Positions 10,658 through 20,748 of a DNA stretch of 64,000 bases are shown one piece after another. The translations under genes and the position numbers were made by a program. The number at the start of each line of letters is the position of its first letter. The first letter of the stretch is position 1. The stretch covers positions 153,210 through 217,209 of the forward strand of contig CALXWW010000001.1 of assembly GCA_944392545.1 (NCBI GenBank). The letters are read 5' to 3'. Source of the stretch: an uncultured Clostridia bacterium. GTDB lineage: Bacteria; Bacillota; Clostridia; TANB77; CAG-508. Under the pieces are notes generated by a model. That model was given only the letters and a program-made list of their open reading frames with translations, was not told the DNA's origin and did no database searches.

Positions 10658-11527
10658 CTATATATCTAATGATTTTATAAACTTAATTAAGTCATCTCTT
10701 AATTCTGGTCTTCTTAATGTTTCGTCTATTGATGCTTTTACAAATCCTAATTTATCTCCTGAATCGAATCTTTTAGCTTTATAATCATATGCATATACAC
10801 CTTCCTTTGTATTTACCATACTATTATATGCATCTGTTACTTGTATTTCCCCACCTTTACCAGGCTTAATTGTAGATAGAAAATCGAATAAATCTGGCAT
10901 CAAAACATGTCTATCCGCTATAGCTAAATTTGATTTAGTTTCTTCTACTTTTGGTTTTTCTTGCATTTTTTCTACTTTATATAATCTATCTGATACCAAT
11001 TCTCCAGAAACATTACCATATTTTGGAACATCTTTCCATTCAACTTTTTCAACACCTATTATTGAAGAACCTAATTTTTCATGCTGTTCTATTATTTCTT
11101 TAAGACATGGCTTCTCTCCTTGCATTATTACATCTCCATACATAATAGCAAATGGTTCATTTCCCACGAAATCCTTTGCCATGTATATTGCATGTCCTAA
11201 TCCTTTTGCACCACCTTCTTCTTCTATAAAGTGAATTTTTGCCTTTCCTGATAAGTTCGATATTTGTGGTATAAAGTTTTCTTTTCCTCTTTCTATTAAA
11301 AAGTTTTCTAGTTCTTTATCTTCTGAAAAATAATCTTCTACTACCTCTTTTTTTCTTCCTACTACTAATAAAATTTCTTCTATCCCAGATGCAACTGCTT
11401 CATCTACCAAATATTGAATAATTGGTTTATCTAATATTGTAAGCATACATTTTGGTAAACTCTTGCAAGCAGGTAAAAATCTTGTTGCAAAACCAGCAAC
11501 TGGTATAACCGCCTTTTTTACACTCAT
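10658..11527 (-). CDS. galU: UTP--glucose-1-phosphate uridylyltransferase
   Basis: AVIPVAGFATRFLPACKSLPKCML N-terminus of the GalU/GtaB nucleotidyltransferase fold. Confidence 0.9.
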   Translation of the reverse strand: MSVKKAVIPVAGFATRFLPACKSLPKCMLTILDKPIIQYLVDEAVASGIEEILLVVGRKKEVVEDYFSEDKELENFLIERGKENFIPQISNLSGKAKIHFIEEEGGAKGLGHAIYMAKDFVGNEPFAIMYGDVIMQGEKPCLKEIIEQHEKLGSSIIGVEKVEWKDVPKYGNVSGELVSDRLYKVEKMQEKPKVEETKSNLAIADRHVLMPDLFDFLSTIKPGKGGEIQVTDAYNSMVNTKEGVYAYDYKAKRFDSGDKLGFVKASIDETLRRPELRDDLIKFIKSLDI

Positions 11528-11663
11528 TTCTTCCTCCTATTATTTTATACTATTTTTTATATTTTCTATTTATATAAAATTATATAAAAAAATAACATAG
11601 AATAAAATTATTCTATATTATTTTTATCAAAAAATCAAGCGTTATACCTTTTTTTATTTGTTT

Positions 11664-12197
11664 TTAACATTGAGCTTTTTTCTCATAACCATCAAACACA
11701 TCATTTATCGCTTTTTCCCCAGATGTATTTAAGATTCTAGTATGTTCAGACAATATATCTATTATATTCATATTAAAATCTCCAACTTCAAAACAATTAA
11801 TAATTTTAATATTTATTTCTTTATATTTCTTACTATTTTCAGCCAAAAACTTTTCTATGTTTTTATTAACTATATCTATATAGTTTTTCTTACCATTAAT
11901 AAATATTATATTTAGCTTGTCCTCTATTATCTCTTCTTTTATTTTTTTTCTTATTTCAGAATATTTTATTCCATTTGTTTTTTTCCAATTTATATTTAAT
12001 ATTTTTTCTTTGTTTTTTAAATTTAATTTATCTATTAATGTTTTTATATTTTGTTCAATATCTTTTTCTAAAATTGTTATAATATTGGCTTTTTCATTTA
12101 TTTCTTTATTTATATATGGAAGTAACATTGTAACCAAGTGCCAATCGCTCACATAAAAACTACAAATCTTTTCTATTGTTTTTTCTACTAACTCCAT
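11664..12197 (-). CDS. Hypothetical protein
   Basis: 177 aa ORF of good coding quality between galU and spoIIR. No family recognised. Confidence 0.45.
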   Translation of the reverse strand: MELVEKTIEKICSFYVSDWHLVTMLLPYINKEINEKANIITILEKDIEQNIKTLIDKLNLKNKEKILNINWKKTNGIKYSEIRKKIKEEIIEDKLNIIFINGKKNYIDIVNKNIEKFLAENSKKYKEINIKIINCFEVGDFNMNIIDILSEHTRILNTSGEKAINDVFDGYEKKAQC

Positions 12198-12492
12198 AGC
12201 AAAAAGCCTCCTTCAATTTCTAATATGGTAAATTTTACCATTTGTATTTCCGTAAGTCAAGCTAAATCGTACCCTTTATTTCGACAACCAATTTTTATAT
12301 TTTTTACTTATTTATTTTATTTTTTTACCTTATTTATCACTTATTTATTTTTTATTATTCTACTATTATATTCTTATTTTATATTATATTTATTTCTATC
12401 CCTTTATTTAAAAATTTTGGAAAATTAGTATAATTTTTTTAAAATAGCTAATAATTTTAGTACAAGCAAAATTTTTCTATTGGAGGTTTTTT

Positions 12493-13164
12493 ATGAAAAA
12501 CTTATTAAATTTTATTAACTTTGGTTTTTTTAAGCGTTTTTTTATAGTATTATTTTTATTTGCTGTTTTTGTTTTTATTTCTGCTGCCTCTTATGCCAAC
12601 GCTGTGTCAGATGATTTGGCAGATAGTGTATTTAGACTACATGTAATAGCAAATAGTGACAGTAAAGAAGATCAAGATTTAAAATATAAAGTACGTGATA
12701 GCATTTTAGAATATATAAATAAGATATCTGTTAATTGCTCTTCCAAAGATGAGATAATAGATATTGCTTATGAAAACCAAGAGCAATTACATGACATAGC
12801 AAAAGAAGTAATTGAAGAAAATGGATATAACTATAATGTAAATATTAAAATAGGTAATTTTGAATTTCCTACAAAAACTTATGGGGATATCTCCTTTCCT
12901 GCAGGAAATTACGATGCTTTAAGGGTAGAAATTGGAAATGCGTCTGGTCAAAATTGGTGGTGCGTAATGTTTCCTCCTCTATGTTTTGTGGATGTAACTT
13001 CTGGTGTAGTTCCTGATGAATCTAAAGAAACTATTAAAGATAATCTTAATAATGATGAGGAATATAGCATTATAAGTGATTCAGAAAGTCCAGACATTAA
13101 GTTTAAATTTAGTTTAATTGAGTTTTTTAAAGGTATAGATTTTGCCAAAACTTCCGAGTTTTAA
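12493..13164 (+). CDS. spoIIR: Stage II sporulation protein R
   Basis: Signal/TM N-terminus, RLHVIANSDS and QNWWCVMFPPLC signatures of SpoIIR. Confidence 0.85.
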   Translation: MKNLLNFINFGFFKRFFIVLFLFAVFVFISAASYANAVSDDLADSVFRLHVIANSDSKEDQDLKYKVRDSILEYINKISVNCSSKDEIIDIAYENQEQLHDIAKEVIEENGYNYNVNIKIGNFEFPTKTYGDISFPAGNYDALRVEIGNASGQNWWCVMFPPLCFVDVTSGVVPDESKETIKDNLNNDEEYSIISDSESPDIKFKFSLIEFFKGIDFAKTSEF

Positions 13165-13290
13165 ATAAGTATTGTATTTTATTATAAAATGTGTTATAAA
13201 TTATAGATAGAGTTTAAATAAGTTAAACTCTATTTTTATCTTATTTTGTTAATTTTTATTTTTAATATATATAAATATGGGGGTAGTGAG

Positions 13291-14550
13291 TTGGAAAAGT
13301 TAGTAATAAATGGAGGAACTAGATTACACGGAGAGGTAACAATAAGCGGCGCTAAAAATGCAGCTGTAGCAATACTTCCTGCTACACTTTTGTTAGATGG
13401 TATATATACTATTAATAATTTACCTAATATAAGTGACGTAAAAATAACATGTGATATATTGCAAGATTTAGGTGCAAAAATAACTTGGAATACACAAAAT
13501 GAAATTACAATAGATACCAGAGAAATAGATGGTAAAGAAGCACCACTTGATAAAACAAGTAAATTCAGAGCCTCATACTATTTAATAGGTGCAATGCTAG
13601 GAAGACGTGGTCAAATAGAAGTTGGACTTCCTGGTGGATGTAATTTAGGTGCAAGACCTATAGACCAACATATAAAAGGCTTTGAATTACTTGGTGCTAA
13701 AGTTGACGTAGGTCAAGGAAAAATATCTGCTAAAGCCAAAAAATTAGTTGGAAATTCAATATATATGGACGTTGTTTCTGTTGGTGCCACTATTAACGTA
13801 ATGCTTGCAAGTGTTTTAGCTGAAGGCACTACAACTATTGATAATGCTGCTAAAGAACCTCATATAGTTGACGTTGCTAATTTTTTAAATACAATGGGCG
13901 CTGATATTCGTGGTGCTGGAACAGACGTTATAAAAATAAATGGTGTTAAAGAATTAAAACATAGTGGCAGCTATTCTGTCGTTCCTGATCAAATAGAAGC
14001 TGGTACATTCATGCTTGCTGCTGTAGCAAGCAGAGGAGATATTTTGATAAAAAATTGTATTTCTGAACATTTAGATTGTATTACAGCTAAAATATTAGAG
14101 ATTGGTGGAAATGTTGAAGATCTAGGTGATACTATAAGAGTATGGTCTAACAAAAGACCCAATAAAGCTAATATTAAAACTCTTCCATATCCAGGTTTTC
14201 CAACAGATATGCAACCTCAAATGGGTGTAGTGTTATCTATAGCTGACGGTACAAGCATTATAAATGAAAGTATATGGGAATCTAGATTTCAATATACAAA
14301 TGAACTTAACAAAATGGGAACACATATTACTGCCCAAGGTAAGACAGCTATTTTTGAAGGAGTAAAAGAATTGTCTGGTGCACCTGTATACGCAACAGAT
14401 TTAAGAGCTGGTGCTGCTCTTTTAATTGCTGGTATAATTGCAAAAGGCACCACCGAGTTATATAATATTAATCATATTGATAGAGGCTATGAAAATATAG
14501 AAGAAAAATTTAGAAAACTTGGCGCAAATATAAAAAGGGTAACTGAATAA
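13291..14550 (+). CDS. murA: UDP-N-acetylglucosamine 1-carboxyvinyltransferase
   Basis: (M)EKLVINGGTRLHGEVTISGAKNAAVAILPA. The likely start is the TTG at 13291 after GGGGGT. The tracked ORF starts earlier. Confidence 0.9.
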   Translation: MEKLVINGGTRLHGEVTISGAKNAAVAILPATLLLDGIYTINNLPNISDVKITCDILQDLGAKITWNTQNEITIDTREIDGKEAPLDKTSKFRASYYLIGAMLGRRGQIEVGLPGGCNLGARPIDQHIKGFELLGAKVDVGQGKISAKAKKLVGNSIYMDVVSVGATINVMLASVLAEGTTTIDNAAKEPHIVDVANFLNTMGADIRGAGTDVIKINGVKELKHSGSYSVVPDQIEAGTFMLAAVASRGDILIKNCISEHLDCITAKILEIGGNVEDLGDTIRVWSNKRPNKANIKTLPYPGFPTDMQPQMGVVLSIADGTSIINESIWESRFQYTNELNKMGTHITAQGKTAIFEGVKELSGAPVYATDLRAGAALLIAGIIAKGTTELYNINHIDRGYENIEEKFRKLGANIKRVTE

Positions 14551-14592
14551 AATACGGAGTTTTCCATTTTATTCAAGAAAATTGGAGTTTTT

Positions 14593-15384
14593 ATGTTTAA
14601 ATTTTGTAGTTTATTTAGTGGAAGTTCTGGTAATTCATTACTTGTACAAACTTCTAATACTAAAATATTAATTGATGTTGGTGAAAGTTGTAAAAAAATT
14701 TCCAACGCACTTTCTAATATTGAAATTGAACCAAATTCTATAGATGCTATCATTGTAACTCATGAACACTCTGACCATATAAAAGGATTGGGAACTTTTT
14801 CAAAAAAATATAATGTTCCTGTTTTTGCAAATAACAAAACCTGGGATGCTATCTTAAAACAAACTGATAAAATCGAAGAAAAAAATATTAATAAATTTAC
14901 GACAGAAGAAGATTTTGAAATAAGAGATTTAAGAATTCATCCTTTTAAAATCCCTCATGATGCTGTTAATCCATGTGGTTTTAACATTATACATAACAAT
15001 GATAAAATAAGTATTGCAACGGATATAGGTCATATGACATCTAATATTGCACATAAACTAGAAGATAGTCTATTTGTTTTATTAGAGGCAAATTACGATC
15101 CAGAAATATTAAAATGCTCTGAATATCCATATTTATTAAAACAAAGAATTGCTGGACCTAATGGGCATCTTCCAAATCTAGAAGCTGCGAAAACAATTTC
15201 TTTTCTAATGAATAGTGGTCTAAAAGAAGTAGTTCTTGGTCATTTAAGTAAAGAAAATAACTTTCCAGAACTCGCATACAAAACAGTAGTAAATGAGTTA
15301 ATCGATAATAAGAAGGATTGTAATAAAATTAAAATTAGTGTTGCTAATAGAAATTGTCCTAGTAACATAATTGATATTGCATAG
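14593..15384 (+). CDS. MBL-fold metallo-hydrolase (YycJ/WalJ-like)
   Basis: HEHSDH metal-binding motif, 263 aa. Confidence 0.8.
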   Translation: MFKFCSLFSGSSGNSLLVQTSNTKILIDVGESCKKISNALSNIEIEPNSIDAIIVTHEHSDHIKGLGTFSKKYNVPVFANNKTWDAILKQTDKIEEKNINKFTTEEDFEIRDLRIHPFKIPHDAVNPCGFNIIHNNDKISIATDIGHMTSNIAHKLEDSLFVLLEANYDPEILKCSEYPYLLKQRIAGPNGHLPNLEAAKTISFLMNSGLKEVVLGHLSKENNFPELAYKTVVNELIDNKKDCNKIKISVANRNCPSNIIDIA

Positions 15385-15446
15385 ATACTGTACATACGTA
15401 TAGTATCTATAAATTTAATGTATCGCTATTTTGAAAGGAGAATTTT

Positions 15447-15926
15447 ATGATACATATAAATATTATATGCGTCGGAAAAATAAAAGAAAATTATTTAAAA
15501 GATGCAATTTTAGAATATTCTAAAAGACTTTCTAAATATTGTAAGTTAGATATTATTGAAATAGAAGACGAACAAATTCCTAATAATGTAAATGAAAAGA
15601 TTTCTAATAATATTAAAAGTATTGAAGGTAATAAGATTTTATCCCATCTAAAAAATAGTTATATAATTGCTTTAGATTTAAAAGGTAAGCAATATTCTTC
15701 AGAAGAGTTTTCTAAAAAGATAGAAAATATTTCTGTTTCAAATAATAGTAATATTACATTTATTATTGGTGGTTCTCTTGGATTGTCAGATGCAGTATTA
15801 AATAAATCAAATGAATTAATATGTTTCTCTAAAATGACTTTTCCACATCAATTGATAAGAGTTTTTCTTTTAGAGCAATTATTTAGATCTTTTAAAATTC
15901 AAAATAATGAAACTTATCATAGATAG
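15447..15926 (+). CDS. rlmH: 23S rRNA (pseudouridine1915-N3)-methyltransferase RlmH
   Basis: 159 aa SPOUT protein, MIHINIICVGKIKENYLKDAILEYSKRL. Confidence 0.9.
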   Translation: MIHINIICVGKIKENYLKDAILEYSKRLSKYCKLDIIEIEDEQIPNNVNEKISNNIKSIEGNKILSHLKNSYIIALDLKGKQYSSEEFSKKIENISVSNNSNITFIIGGSLGLSDAVLNKSNELICFSKMTFPHQLIRVFLLEQLFRSFKIQNNETYHR

Positions 15927-16383
15927 TATACATGTTCAATTTTTAAGATTATATATAAAATGTAGAGGAAACTCAAAAAAGAATAGGTGATAATATAGAA
16001 TTAATTTTTTGATTTCAAAATAAAAGAAATTAATAAAAATTCTTATTTATTATTTTTTAATTATTTTATTTTTTAATTATTTGTTTTCGGGGGCAAAATA
16101 ATTAAAGGAATTTCCTCTACAAGATTAAAAACTTTTTATTATTTAAAATGAATAATACTTGATTTTTTTAATTAATTTTTTCGATAATATTTTTATTATA
16201 ATTTTTTTAATTATGATAAAAATTATTAAAAAGATAATTAAAAATTTTATTGAAATTAAAATAGGATTTTGAAAAAACATTACATTTCCTTTTTACTGTT
16301 TATGATTGATTTAACTTTCAGTTTACTTTTCAAAAGTTATGTATACATTTTAATATCATTTTTTATAATTGTCAATAAAAATC

Positions 16384-16914
16384 TTAAGACAAAATTCGAC
16401 AAATTATAGTAGATACAATCATTCCTGCCAAATCTGCAGCTAACGCTGCTAATAATATTCCTCTTGTTTTCTTAATTCCAACTGCACTTGTGTAAATAGC
16501 TATAGTGTAAAATGTAGTTTCTGTTGACCCCATTATTGTAGAAGTTATAAGTCCCGTTAAAGTATCCACTCCATAATTTTTCATTATATCTACCGCTACT
16601 GCCATAGATGCGCTTCCCGATATTGGTCTTAATATAGCAATAGGTAATATGTTGCTTGGTATTTCTAATAAATTTGTAATTGGTGTAATTAATTTTATTA
16701 TCATATCAACGAGACCTGAAGCTCGTAAAGTCCCCACTGCCAAAAAAATTCCTAATAATGTAGGAAACATTTTAAACACTATTTCTATTCCCTCTTTAGC
16801 ACCGTCTAAAAAAATATCAAATACTCTTACATTATCTTTTATTCCATATAATATTATTAATACTATAATCACAGGAATAGTTGCATTAGATATATAGTTT
16901 ACAATATTGGCCAT
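16384..16914 (-). CDS. spmB: Spore maturation protein B (nucleoside-recognition domain)
   Basis: Polytopic membrane protein paired and abutting with the upstream spmA-like ORF. Confidence 0.75.
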   Translation of the reverse strand: MANIVNYISNATIPVIIVLIILYGIKDNVRVFDIFLDGAKEGIEIVFKMFPTLLGIFLAVGTLRASGLVDMIIKLITPITNLLEIPSNILPIAILRPISGSASMAVAVDIMKNYGVDTLTGLITSTIMGSTETTFYTIAIYTSAVGIKKTRGILLAALAADLAGMIVSTIICRILS

Positions 16915-17493
16915 TCATTTCACCCTTTTTATTAAAATTTTTGTAAGTAAAATTCCCATAAAAGCTGCAAAAACAGTAGCTATCCATACTGGAATTATAA
17001 TTGATGTGGGATTTTGAGAATTTAATGAAGTTCTAATTGCAATTACATTTGTAGGAATTAACTGTATTGATGCTGTATTTATTACTATAAACATCATCAT
17101 AGAATTAGTTAATGTATCTTTCTTTCTATTTTCCTTTTGCATTGTTTTCATAGCTTTTATGCCAAGGGGTGTTGCCGCATTCCCCAAACCTAAAATATTT
17201 GCAATCATATTCATAGAAATTTCCTGTTTAACTGCTTCATTATTTTTTAAATCCGGAAACAAAAAATTAATTAATGGTTTTAATAACTTATTTAATTTTT
17301 TAATTATAGAAGTATTTTGAACTATTTTCATTATTCCCGTCCATAAACAAATTGTACCCAAAAAAGTTATTGAAAGTTCTACTGCGCCTGATAAAGAAGT
17401 AAAAATTCCAGTATTTAGCTCTTCTATCGTTCCAAATAAGATAGCATACATTACTGATAAAATTATAAAAACTGACCACAATATATTAAGCAT
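16915..17493 (-). CDS. spmA: Spore maturation protein A
   Basis: Polytopic membrane protein in the spmA/spmB tandem arrangement. Confidence 0.75.
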   Translation of the reverse strand: MLNILWSVFIILSVMYAILFGTIEELNTGIFTSLSGAVELSITFLGTICLWTGIMKIVQNTSIIKKLNKLLKPLINFLFPDLKNNEAVKQEISMNMIANILGLGNAATPLGIKAMKTMQKENRKKDTLTNSMMMFIVINTASIQLIPTNVIAIRTSLNSQNPTSIIIPVWIATVFAAFMGILLTKILIKRVK

Positions 17494-17564
17494 ATTCTTC
17501 CCCTCTTTACTTTTAATATTATTCCTATATAGTTTTATTTATGTTTTTTCTTTTTATAGTATTT

Positions 17565-17651
17565 TGTCGAACGATTTTCCAAATTTATACAGTCTTTTTA
17601 TTGCGTTTTCTATTTATTTATGTTATTATATATATAGATTTTTTTGTCGAA
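17565..17651 (+). promoter_or_regulatory. Two tandem Spo0A-box-like motifs (TTTGTCGAA) in the abrB leader
   Basis: TGTCGAA occurs at 17565-17571 and 17645-17651 in the same orientation, the second 25 nt before the abrB ATG. This matches the 0A-box consensus TGNCGAA. abrB is a direct Spo0A target in Bacillus. Confidence 0.45.
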
Positions 17652-17675
17652 TTTTGTATTTTAGAGGAGGATTTT

Positions 17676-17921
17676 ATGAAATCAACAGGGATTGTTAGAA
17701 GAGTAGATGAGCTTGGTAGAGTTGTTATTCCAATAGAAATACGAAACAAATTTGGAATTGCTGAAAAAGATCCTATTGAAATATATGTAGATGGTTCAAA
17801 TATAGTACTCAAAAAATATGAACAAAGTTGTATCTTTTGTGGAAACACTAAAAATTTAGTAGAACATAAAGGGAAACTTATATGTGATAAGTGCATTAAT
17901 CAAATAGCATCAAACAAATAG
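17676..17921 (+). CDS. abrB: AbrB-family transition-state regulator (81 aa) with C-terminal Cys4 tail
   Basis: MKSTGIVRRVDELGRVVIPIEIRNKFGIAEKDPIEIYVDG swapped-hairpin N-domain. GGAGG RBS. The C-terminus has CIFCG...CDKC. Confidence 0.85.
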   Translation: MKSTGIVRRVDELGRVVIPIEIRNKFGIAEKDPIEIYVDGSNIVLKKYEQSCIFCGNTKNLVEHKGKLICDKCINQIASNK

Positions 17922-18009
17922 TTTAATAACAACACGAAAGATATATTTATTATAAATAAAAAAAATAAAAGCTCTTAAGTTTCTACTTAAAAGCTTTTAT
18001 TTTTTTTAT

Positions 18010-18843
18010 TTATATAAACATTTTATATATTTCATTTTTAGGCAAATTTTTATTTTTAGCAATTTTCTTTATTATATCTTTTTTGCTCATTCCCTGTTTC
18101 TGGTATATTTTATATTGCTCTTCTATGCTTTTTTCACAAATCTCATCATATATCTTATTTCTATTACAGTCAGTGTACTCATTTAAATCTAATATAATTA
18201 CATATTCACCTTTTGGTTCTTTCATTATCTCTAATAGGTCCGATATATTTCCTCTTATAAATTTCTCATGTACTTTGGTAATTTCTTTAGCTAATACACA
18301 TTTTATATTTCCTATATTTTTTTGTATATCCTCTAGCGTTTTTATTAATTTGTGAGGTGCTTCATATAAAATAACTGTTTTCTGTTCTTCTTTTATTTTA
18401 TTAAGTATCTCTTCCCTATTTTTTTTATTTAATGGCAAAAATCCAAAAAAAGCAAATTCTTTTGTATTTAATCCTGATGCTATTATTGCATTTACTAAAG
18501 CACATGCACCTGGTATTGGAATTACTTCAATATTTTTGCTTATTGCTTCTTTAACTATCTCTTCACCAGGATCAGATATTCCAGGCGTTCCTGCGTCTGT
18601 AACTATTGCTATATTATTTCCTTCTAATATTTTATTAATCAAAATATCCGATTTTGTACCTTCATTATGTCTATGATAACTAATGAGCGGCTTTGTTATT
18701 TCATAGTGATTCAATATTTTTAATGTACGCCTTGTATCTTCTGCCGCTATTATATCTACTTCTTTTAAAATTTTAATTGCTCTAAAAGTTATATCTTCTA
18801 AATTTCCTATAGGTGTTGCTACTAAATATAGCTTTCCTGACAT
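18010..18843 (-). CDS. rsmI: 16S rRNA (cytidine1402-2'-O)-methyltransferase
   Basis: MSGKLYLVATPIGNLEDITFRAIKIL tetrapyrrole-methylase-fold N-terminus. Confidence 0.9.
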   Translation of the reverse strand: MSGKLYLVATPIGNLEDITFRAIKILKEVDIIAAEDTRRTLKILNHYEITKPLISYHRHNEGTKSDILINKILEGNNIAIVTDAGTPGISDPGEEIVKEAISKNIEVIPIPGACALVNAIIASGLNTKEFAFFGFLPLNKKNREEILNKIKEEQKTVILYEAPHKLIKTLEDIQKNIGNIKCVLAKEITKVHEKFIRGNISDLLEIMKEPKGEYVIILDLNEYTDCNRNKIYDEICEKSIEEQYKIYQKQGMSKKDIIKKIAKNKNLPKNEIYKMFI

Positions 18844-18859
18844 ATTATTATCTCCTTCT

Positions 18860-19609
18860 TTATTTATTTTTACAATATATTTTATAAATTTCGTCTGTAT
18901 ATTCTCCCTTTGAATTATATATTATAAGTGGTTTCTCTATTTTTAAAAATGGCATAGCATTCTTTACACCTTTAATTAAAACTAAAACAGGATTTTTTTC
19001 TATGGTGGAATATACAAATCTTATTTTCTTTGGTTCGATTTTATATTTTCTCATTAATTCTAAAATGTCAACTAATCTATCTGGTCTGTGAACCATATAT
19101 ATACTTCCTTTATCCTTTAATACAATCTTAGTAACCTTTATAAAAGTCTCTAAATTTGCTGTGGTTTCATGTCTTGATAAATATTTATATTCATTTTTAT
19201 TTGTTTTACCCGTATCTTGTTTTTTATATGGTGGATTAGTAACAACAAAATCAAACTTTCCTCTTTCTATCAAAGACTTTTGCTCAATGTCTCTTATATC
19301 TATATTTTTTATTTCAATTTTATCTTGCAAATTATTCAATCTTATACTTCTCTTAGCCATGTTTGCAATATCTTTTTGGACTTCTATTCCTATTATTTTA
19401 TTTAAATTCGTCTTTGCTGCTAATAAAATACTTATTATTCCCGTTCCTGTTCCCAAGTCCAGCCCAACTGATCCAGATTTTATTTCTTTTGCAAAATCTG
19501 AAATAAGTATACTATCAATTCCAAAGCAAAATCCATTCTCTTTTTGTATTATTTTTAGCCCACTATATTCTAAATCATCTATTCTTTCATCTTTTTTTAA
19601 ATTCATCAC
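18860..19609 (-). CDS. N6-adenine methyltransferase, tRNA1(Val) m6A37 TrmN6/YfiC-like
   Basis: SAM motif GLDLGTGTG and the VVTNPPY catalytic motif. Confidence 0.75.
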   Translation of the reverse strand: MMNLKKDERIDDLEYSGLKIIQKENGFCFGIDSILISDFAKEIKSGSVGLDLGTGTGIISILLAAKTNLNKIIGIEVQKDIANMAKRSIRLNNLQDKIEIKNIDIRDIEQKSLIERGKFDFVVTNPPYKKQDTGKTNKNEYKYLSRHETTANLETFIKVTKIVLKDKGSIYMVHRPDRLVDILELMRKYKIEPKKIRFVYSTIEKNPVLVLIKGVKNAMPFLKIEKPLIIYNSKGEYTDEIYKIYCKNK

Positions 19610-19883
19610 TTTATACTCCTATTTTACATATTATATATTAAATTCGCTATTAAATCAATAATTCATACAATTATGTAAGTATTATTATTTTACGATTTAT
19701 CTTTATAAAATTGAAAGGAATTGATTTTGATGAACAATAAATGTAATAAGTGTGAAAATAAAAAATTTGATTTTAAATGTAAAAAAGAAAATGCTATTAA
19801 CTCTTTATTTGAAGTTGAGCATTTTCTCTGTAATTTGAAAAAAGTATGTAATACAGTATGCTTATATAAAATTTTAAAATAAA

Positions 19884-20480
19884 CTATTGCATACTATTAA
19901 TATTTTCTTCTATTTTATCATCTTCCTCTTTTATCACAACAAACGGTGAATCAAATTTTATTTTGCCATCTTTAAAGGCTTTATTTTCTTCTCCATCTAT
20001 TAATATTTTTATTGAATTTATTTCTGTTAAATTTGTCATGGTATTTACTATGGAATAAATGGTTACATTCTCTTTTTCTTCCCCTCCTTCATGATTTTCT
20101 ATAAATTCTTTTGATAAATCAATATAGAGAGTATCTCCTTTCAATTCTATTTTATTAATTTTTGTGCCTTCAGGAATAGTTTTAGATAATTCTGCATTAT
20201 TTGGTCCTTCAATTAATAAACTCATTAATTTATCATACGGTTTTTCTAGCAACTCTTTTACATCTATTAACCTTCCTTCTGGAACTAAGCTTTTTGTATT
20301 TGAATTATAAAAATATAATGACACTATAGTTTGCCTCATTTGTTTTTCTGAAATTTCTTCCTCTGGAATGATTTCATTTACCTTATTTTCGTTGCTCTTG
20401 TTATAAAATAAAAAATACCATCCTCCTATTCCTGTCAGAATTATAAAAATAATAAGAACTATTATTATTTTTTTGTTCAT
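19884..20480 (-). CDS. GerMN-domain lipoprotein-like (sporulation/germination)
   Basis: N-terminal TM/signal, TIVSLYFYNSNTKSLVPEG...IYSIVNTMTNL pattern typical of the GerMN domain. Confidence 0.65.
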   Translation of the reverse strand: MNKKIIIVLIIFIILTGIGGWYFLFYNKSNENKVNEIIPEEEISEKQMRQTIVSLYFYNSNTKSLVPEGRLIDVKELLEKPYDKLMSLLIEGPNNAELSKTIPEGTKINKIELKGDTLYIDLSKEFIENHEGGEEKENVTIYSIVNTMTNLTEINSIKILIDGEENKAFKDGKIKFDSPFVVIKEEDDKIEENINSMQ

Positions 20481-20748
20481 ATACCTTATCCTCCTCTTTC
20501 TTTGTTATTCAATAAATATTATAGACAAGTTACTTTTAGAACTATTTTTGTCCAATTTTTATTTTTTGCAAAATTCGACAAATTAATAAATATTTTGTAA
20601 TACCTCTTTTTTTAGTCTTTTCTAGTAATAATCCACATTTTGCACATATTTTCCATTTGACAAATCTTTTATTTCCGTATAAAATTAATCATGTATTATT
20701 AGGTTTAAACATAATATGTAAAGGGGTTATGAAAGGAACGATTTTATT

